Shown here piece after piece: positions 56,118 to 64,000 of a stretch of DNA of 64,000 bases. Every line of letters begins with the position of its first letter. Positions within the stretch are counted from its first letter, which is position 1. The stretch is from Flectonema sp. DT1601 (Eukaryota). The notes under the pieces were generated by a model that made no database searches, was not told where the DNA came from, and worked only from the letters and a program-made list of their open reading frames with translations. Location: NCBI GenBank assembly GCA_964019425.1, contig OZ025784.1:496001-560000 (forward strand), read 5' to 3'. The translations under genes and the position numbers were made by a program.

Positions 56118-56421
56118 CGTATCATGGGAGGGGGGGGCGTTGAAGAATCGATGGGGGACTCTGAGTGAAGCGAAAGTATAAGTTAAAAACGTGAAAACAA
56201 ACGTATTCTCTTTTCTAATTCCGAGAAACTGTCGTGAATCCCCACGAACACAACTTCGGATTACAATCAGAGGCTAGGTACCGAAAGCCTAACTGTGGTC
56301 AACAGTTTTAACTATTATGTTGTAAATAAGACGTATCTTCTTATCAAATGACAATACAATGAAGGGATCACCTATCGTAAAGAAGAGGTCTTCTACTACT
56401 GCTATGAAGCCTTCTAAGTAG

Positions 56422-56607
56422 TGAGTCCCGTTCTAATTTCCAAAGTTCTTTCTCAGCTTCAAGCTCCTCAATAGCATCTGAAGCATTTTTTATTTTATCC
56501 AATTGAGTTAGGAATAACAACAAGGCTACTACTGCGATGATGAAGAACCCAACGGACATGGCGACCAAACTAATCATAGTCCCATCCATCGTATCATGGG
56601 AGGGGGG
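56422..56607 (-). pseudogene. Truncated duplicate of the 5' part of the 55431-56117 gene
   Basis: 186 bp matching 55950-56135 (offset 472), one mismatch seen; diverges after ..ERDSL. Confidence 0.85.
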
Positions 56608-57535
56608 TTAACTGTTTGATTTTGTACGTAAAATACAACTGTATTGCATCATAAAACAACTAAATATGATGCTTGGCCACCAACCTAATCATAATCCTGC
56701 GATGGAATAGGTGTTTTGAAAAGACTGAAAGATGAATTCTGATCGGTAATCCAACCTTTTATACGACTAGACGCATTCAAAGTAAGCATACCTTCACCTG
56801 AGTGGGGGTGATAGTATAATAAGACCTGAGTGGGGGTGAAATCAACTAATAAAACAGCGGGAATCCTGTCATACCACTCAACAAAACTTCTGAAAGGACT
56901 GCGTTCCGACGTAAGGAACAAATAACAACATGGTGAAGCGCTTTTTTTTTAAATTTTTTTTTATTTCTTAAAAAACTTTATTATTTGTTCTATCTTTTCA
57001 AGGCTTTGATGGAGAAAAAAAAAGGGGAGGAAAAAGCCTTTCGCGCACACCCGTTTCGTACGTGTTTGTTTTTTTTTTTTTTGTTTTTTTTTTGGTTGTT
57101 CGTTCGATGAGTTTTCTTGATGTTCTTTTCTGAGAAAAAAAAAAGAAGAAATAGGAAAAAGAATGTGAGTAGTGACGCTTTTCAATCAACTCGGAGGGCG
57201 ACATACTCACACACGTAAACCGACAGTAACAAGAACAGGAAAAAAATAATTACCTAATATTTCTTGAACATCAGGCAAACAAAACGTAATAGTAACTATG
57301 TGCTTGTAGTCGTCAAATAATAGCCAGTATTTTTCACTCAAGAAGACTCTTGCCTCCAATGTCACATAATAAATTTCTCTTCACTATTCTCTAATTCTGA
57401 CTTAGTCAAAATTATCAGTTAATCAATTAGTTTTCTTCCACAAAAGTGGAGTGAGAGTCAATCACAGTAGTTATTTGACCCAACGTTGCTGTAAACTCAC
57501 AGCAACAGAGGACTCAGCAACCGAATGGACATTTT

Positions 57536-57637
57536 TTATTTATTTATTTATTTACGAAGCCTAGGAAGCCAAAAGCCAGGAAAAGCTCACAGAGTAACAG
57601 TTATATCGCTACCAGCAACCGTGAGACTCTCACAGAC
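57536..57637 (-). mobile_element. Dispersed repeat family A, copy 2
   Basis: Near-identical to 6243-6340 (one extra A). Confidence 0.7.
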
Positions 57638-59369
57638 ATTAACTTTTTTTAAGTAAAAAAAAAAAAAAAGAATTTTACAAAAAAACAAATAAAAATACAA
57701 ACAAATGTTTCTTTCTTGTTAGTAAGATAATGTTTTTTTTTCTTTGTGTCACAATTTAGTCTAATACTACTCTTGTGCAGAATGATTAAAAGCTGCCAAT
57801 TAAAAAAAAGAACATGACAAAAAAAAAAAAAAACCTTCCTATGCTGATATAGACAGAGGGAACTAACCCCCTGCTTGGGAAAAAAAGAATGCAAAAAAAA
57901 AGAACTTTTGATTTGATTTGATTGAGAAGTTAAGTAAAAAAAAAAAAAAAAAAAAAAATACGTAATAATTTTTGACTAGTGTTGTTGTCCGGATACAAGT
58001 ACAAAAAAAGAGGAAAAAAAAAAAAGAGCAACAGCAACTTTGAATTTTTTTCTTCCATGTGAGGCTCACAAAGAAGAGGAGAGAGAAAAACGAGCATCAA
58101 ATACCTAATTATCTATTTCCGTTGTCGTTGACAAGAGACGCGTTGACTGATACGTGACTATTTGATACAACATATGACAGTAATACTCTGATTATATTAT
58201 AAAAAATACAATACAATCAGACTCTCCAGTGATTCAGATGCACAAAAAAAAACGACAATACATAAAATTGTATTAAAAAAAAACAATAACAGATAATATC
58301 GTGAGAAAGAAGCGTTTACGTAAAAAAAAACAGGGTACCTAAGGCAATCACGTTTAGACCGACGCCGGAAGTTTTGTTCACAAGACTAATAGAGGGGTAT
58401 TTCTGATTTTCCCTTTTTTTAAATTCTGTTCGCCTCAATGCCAGAGACGACAATTTTAACAAAAAGCAGTAAAATGGCTTCTGTAAAAGAGAGAGAGAAC
58501 CTCCGCCCAAGTCGTCGAGTGAAGTCGGTAACAAGAAAGGCAACCATACAACCAAAAGACACAAGCACTAACTGTAAATAATGCATCCCATACAGCTTCT
58601 AACAGAAAGCTGTGGTAGTGATTTGGTAGTAATATTTTGTTTGAAAAAAAAATAAAGATTTTAAAAAAAATAGCACTTAATAATAAAAAATAATTTTTAA
58701 AAAAAATTGAAATACTTTCACCCAATTCAATTAATCGGGTTGCTGTAATACGTGAGTACAGATATGGTGTGAAGTTCGAAGGAGAAGCCGTGAACTCACT
58801 TCACAACATCTGTGCAGCGACGGGTTTTGCCTGATAACAAAAACAACCTCTGATCACAACTACCTTGTGTACAGTCAAAGTGACTTGAATGCAGGTTTTT
58901 CGCGGCGAGGTTAGTTTCTTTACTTAAAGACAGTCCATCTTGTTTTGCTTGCTTCTTGTTTTGTTTTCTTAACTCGCAATAGAACTGTCTCTTTAACAAA
59001 ACAAAAACAAAAAAGAAGATTTATCTTATTAAAGAAAATGAAAATGAGGGTGGGGGAAAAAAAGGTTTTGATTTAGGTTTAAGGATAAAGCAGCTGGGGA
59101 CGGGAAGGAAGTGATGTAAAAAAGTCGTAATACTCTTACACTACAGAACATCAGCATTCCTTCCATTAGTAAGGTCGTCTCTCTATTTCAGGTGAGCAAA
59201 AGACAACTGGAGTAGGTATATAATAAATATAAAAAATAAATTTAAATAGGAAAAACAGGTTTGTTCAATAAGCAGTCTAATCTACACTAAATATAATATA
59301 AGTTACACGTTTGCAGAAAGCTGCAAGATTGTTATATGTGATATAGGTGATAAAGAGTGATATTTTTCC

Positions 59370-59455
59370 GAGGCCAGAGTCAAAACCTCTGGGGAAGCCC
59401 ACAGGTACCAGTAATTCGGTACAACCGTGAGACTCTCACAGGCGAGAAGAGACGT
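59370..59455 (-). mobile_element. Dispersed repeat family A, diverged copy 3
   Basis: CAACCGTGAGACTCTCACAG.CGA.AAGAGACGT shared with copy 1. Confidence 0.55.
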
Positions 59456-60998
59456 TGGCTACCAAGACAGTATATAAAAATGAGATTAAAAACAAAAAAG
59501 TTTTATTCAAAACAGAAATTGCGATAACAAGGATGAATTTCATTTCAAGTTAACTTTTTTGAAAAAAAACGAGTCAAAAATCGTTTTTTTTTTTTTTTTT
59601 TTTATAATATTATATAAAAAAAAAAAATCACCTTTACCGTTGTGGGAGAATCGTATTGTAAATTAAATTACACTACCTCTCCTCCACCATCCTCGTTTTA
59701 TAGACTTTTTCCTCATCTGTTAAAACTTGAATATACACATGAACCTTGCCATGGGATTTTACAAACTAAATTGCATACTTTTCATCGATTCTCCAGTGAA
59801 AGATAAGACTACCTCTCTCAGTCAAAGTTCATATAAATGTGGGCAGTTACAAAATGCACCATCACTGACGTAGGTTAGGCTAGGTATATAAATACAAGCA
59901 TTGTATTAAGGTTAATTACTATATGAATATGAATACTCTCTGGCAATACACTCACAGGGGCTGTAATGCGTCCTGGACGGTGTTCATCCTAGGAGCAGTT
60001 TGAATGGTGTGTAGCATTTTTTTTTTTTTTCTTTTTCTATTTCTATTTAAATTCATACAAGGTATAGGTATCAAATGAAGTCATACACTGGACTCGATTC
60101 ACAGCTACTATGGAAGGGTAATGCGTTTCAGTCATTCGCGGTGCGTTAAGAAAAAAAAAGTAACAAACAACCAACAATATCGTTATGTATATCTGAGTAT
60201 TATTTCTTTTTTTTTTTTTTTTTTTTTTTTTCCCCAACAATTGACGTGCTTGTTGTAATTATGTGGAGGAAAAAAGGGGGGAAAAAAAATTGATTTCTTT
60301 TTTTTTTTTTTTTTTTTTTTTCCCTTCTACCATCGCTCTGAACATCCTTTTGGAGCATCTGGGAAAGTTTTGTTATAGCACATCAACAATCCGAAGATTA
60401 GGTGACGTGTGCGAGCTTCGTAAAACATAAAATAGTATGTTCCTATTTAGGGGAATCGGAGAAAAACGAAAAGAGAAGCTGCAATCCACATGTGGGGGCC
60501 ACACGGTCGCAACGAATGATGGAGTTTGTGGGAAAGAAAAAATAAAATAAAAATAAAAATAAAATAACAAAACAAAACACAACGGAACTTATATAAATCA
60601 TAATAAGTTATAAGATAAAAAAAATATAATTTTTAATAAACGTAAACCAGAATTCAATTTCTCTATTTTTTTTTTTTTTTTTTTTGCGACTCAACCAAAT
60701 CTGGTTTTCAGAATACAAGAAATCCATTATCCATTAATGTCGGTTATATAAGGTGAGGGAGAAAAATTCCACCTTTTCCATACAACTTTTTTGTAAGGGA
60801 TAATATTTTTCGTTTTTCAAAAGGGGTTTCCCAATAAAAAAAAAAGAGAGAGAAAGGAAACAAGAAAACTGACTTAGCCAAGTAGCAAACCAGCCACGAA
60901 ATTATGTGAAAAACCCTCCATTAGAAGCCGCGTTGATCAAATAAAAGGGAACGCCTTCTCCTAACATTCAGCTCCGAGCAACCACTTACTTGTTTAAT

Positions 60999-61080
60999 CC
61001 TAAGAAGTCAACAGTCAGTAAAAGCTCAACAGGGTAACAGTTAGATTGTTACCAGCCAACTGTGAGACTCTCACAGACGA
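60999..61080 (-). mobile_element. Dispersed repeat family A, diverged copy 4
   Basis: AAAAGCTCA..GTAACAGTTA..TACCAGC..TGTGAGACTCTCACAGACGA. Confidence 0.6.
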
Positions 61081-62687
61081 ACTTGTTACCTGCAAAAAAT
61101 TAAAAAAGAAAAAAGAAAAACCAAACAAAAAAAAAAATATTTCTCGAGGATAACTGTTGTACGGTTGGTTAACATGACCCCTTACCAGTTATAACCTCAT
61201 GGTAAGCATTTTTATTTTTTTATTTTATTTATTTTACGTTTCAAGATACAAGCTTACAGAGGAGTCATTCGGTGCGACGTATCACATGAATTTTTTTTGA
61301 GGACTGCAAAGGACCCCCACAGTCAGTTCTTTTTATTTTGAGAAAGAATAGTTAAGAGAGAGTATCCGCTTCTCGAATTGTTTTTTTCCTTCCCCGGTTG
61401 TCAACAGAAATCAGAATAACCCTACAGTGACTTGCTACTTAATATAATCACATTGTCAAGTGGATGGTAATTATAACGAGTGTGTCACTGCGTGCTTAGG
61501 CAAGGAACAGCACATGAGGCAGAGCATGCAATCTGCTTGCTTTGCATACCAAAACTGAAGTAAGGTTTGCCATGGGCATGCCTATGGGTTGACATGTCCT
61601 TCCGATTCAGAAAGAAAAACTTTAAAAAAAAATTGCCAGCAGCACCCATGGAGTCCATTACTAAGGCTTGGTGTGGCCTTCCGTAATTCCCAACGAGAAG
61701 TTAAGCTACGGGGAATATACATGGGGGTCAGTGACAAACTGATGACAAAGAAAAGACACGTTATTATTAAAAGTATGTAAAAACCATTCAGATTAGCCTT
61801 ATATCTCGTTGAACGCAGACAGAATCCTGTCGCACGGGGAAATAAAGTCATGAACATAAGAAGTAACGGCTATACAATCTGAGTAGTTTCTTTTCCAACT
61901 ACGTCGGTATAAAAAAAAGAACATCGCATATTTTTTTGCTAGTGTTGTTTTTTTTTTTTTTTCCTTCCCACAACACACTGGGTAAGCGCAGCGCTTCAGT
62001 GCAGTGCTAATAAACGTTTATTTCAAGAAGCAAGGAGACAATGTGAAGCTCCGTAACACAAATTTCGCAAAAACAGTACCAAGTGACAGATAACTGAGTT
62101 TGCACAAACACACTGAAGTCAGAAAAATAGTAGTCTACGTAGGTAAGGGAACAAAAAATAAGGAAAGCGTTGAGGCGATCACATCCCTCGCTATGATTTA
62201 GGTGATAAACCCAAAGGGGTAAGTAAGGTTTTTTTTTATTAAATTTGTTTAAGAGAAGAATTCTCTTTGTTTTTAAATTATGTTACAACGCACACGGGAA
62301 GATTACTCTGCACAAACAGACCCTGATAACCTTGATCGGTTTAGTGTCATCTCCCTAAACGGAAGACAAAACTCAACATCTCCGATTGTTAGCAAAATTT
62401 GTTTTCAAGCAGTTTAATGCCTCCCCTCAGTCAAAAAATAATACATATGGGCACTACACCCGACGATGATCAAGGAGCCGCGTCCACCGGGTGAAAATGA
62501 CCCTTCGTGAGAAATGATACCCCGGAAAAAATAATTTTTAAAAATTGGGGGAGAGAAGCCCTCGATTCTCACTACCTTAACAGAAGAAGATTATTTCCCT
62601 TACCTTTTCAGTTACTAAAATGATTTTCATTGCTGCGGCGAAACTACGCGCTCGCATGCAAATGCCGCAGAAAACCGTCTTAAAACC

Positions 62688-62718
<31 letters not shown>

Positions 62719-63154
62719 ACATCAATATATGATTATTGTTCTTTTTATTTTCTGCACTTATCTAGAAACCGACAAATGTGCAAAGTACTAAATGAAAGAC
62801 AAAGATCAAAAGGAGATTACTGACAAATCTTTATCACTGGAAAGAGGGAACGGAAAGTCTTTTTTTTTTTCAATAGCCCGTAGCATGTATTCCGTCCTTT
62901 TCCAGATAATTTTGCATTATGCCAGCCTTATGATGGGATATTTTAGTTTATATAAATAAATAAAAAAGAGACCCTTCTTCACGATTTTTAATGACATATG
63001 AGACAACAATATAACCGCACCACACCCCCGACTTGTAGGACGAAGAAAAGAAGGAAAACCAGAATAAAAAAACAGATAAAAAGGAGGAAATATGTTTTAT
63101 GAACCTCTACGGAACACGATGATGGACAGAACAAACATTATAATTGTTTTTTTT

Positions 63155-63184
63155 TGTTGTTGTTGTTGTTGTTGTTGTTGTTTT
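63155..63184. repeat. (TTG)n microsatellite
   Basis: About 9-10 TTG units. Confidence 0.85.
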
Positions 63185-64000
63185 GTTTTGTACACAAAAG
63201 AAACTCACAAAGTTCCAATCGCGAGCTCCTTGCCAAGAGGGAAAGAGAGAACGGGGGAAAGAAAAAAAAAAAGAAGAAAAACAAATAAAAATCTTTATTT
63301 GTTCACAAACCTTTCGCAATTTTTTTTTTTTATAAATTTTTCAATAAAACGTTTTTCTGTATCAAGACTAAGCTGATCAAAAAAAAAACAATAACATTTC
63401 CGTATCTACCACATCTACATTTATCGACCCTTGAAAGCCAAACCCACGGAAAAGCTCCTTGGAGAGGCCGTTATTGCACACAAACGTTCACTGGAATCAA
63501 CACGTACTGAAAAAACGTTTTCATTACGCCTTGAAATACTTCTCTTGGCAACGTCATCCAGTTCAGAGATGCATCATTTTTTTTTTTTTTTTTCACTTGA
63601 CAAGAATGATCCCGTCAATGAAAACCTTTTTTTTTTTTTGATACGTCCACCCGCTCTAGTTGTCTAATGCCACACAAGATAATATCACTGACGACTCAAC
63701 CAGAGGGTTGCTGACACTATTTCTATTCTAATTGCTGGAACACAAAAAGAACCCGTTTTTTTTTTTTTTTTTAAAATAAAAATAAAAATTTATAAAAAAA
63801 ACAGAAACAGTTATTGTAAAACACTAGCAAACAGCTTAATTCTGAGCAGTAGTTCGTAAAAAGCAGGCAACAAAGAGACCGATTCTGCCGCCACTGTGCC
63901 GCTTAAAACAAAGCCAACACTCTCATGTGAAGTTGGGTGTTAAAAATTTAGGGAACGGAGCAAGAAAGATCCGCTGGGTTTTAGAAAAAGAAAACTAAAA

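Overview
AT-rich eukaryotic (protist) genomic window. Every credible protein gene (about 19) lies on the minus strand as one directional cluster. Several genes have short GT-AG introns with A/C-rich 3' ends, while poly-T tracts precede gene starts. This layout suggests a trans-splicing euglenozoan, most like a diplonemid (inference). Host genes include a GMF/ADF-H protein, a Rad23-TPR-CHAT fusion, a CHASE-cyclase-like receptor, a Clu-domain protein, mitoribosomal uS17, a pyrimidine 5'-nucleotidase, a Pol-beta-like nucleotidyltransferase, a multi-pass surface protein and several long coiled-coil/IQ proteins. The standout is an intact ~6.0 kb Penelope-like retroelement (48658-54656) with 313-bp direct terminal repeats. 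Its 1428-aa ORF reads GIY-YIG endonuclease, then RT, an OTU-like cysteine protease and zinc fingers. Its terminal repeats lack a hammerhead core but can fold into a pseudoknot. Also present: a decayed non-LTR fragment whose 3' UTR has a hammerhead-like core (second copy beside a 118-bp tandem array), a small (TAAA)n-tailed dispersed repeat family, an LRR pseudogene and a partial gene duplication. All domain calls are by eye from motifs; no searches were run.
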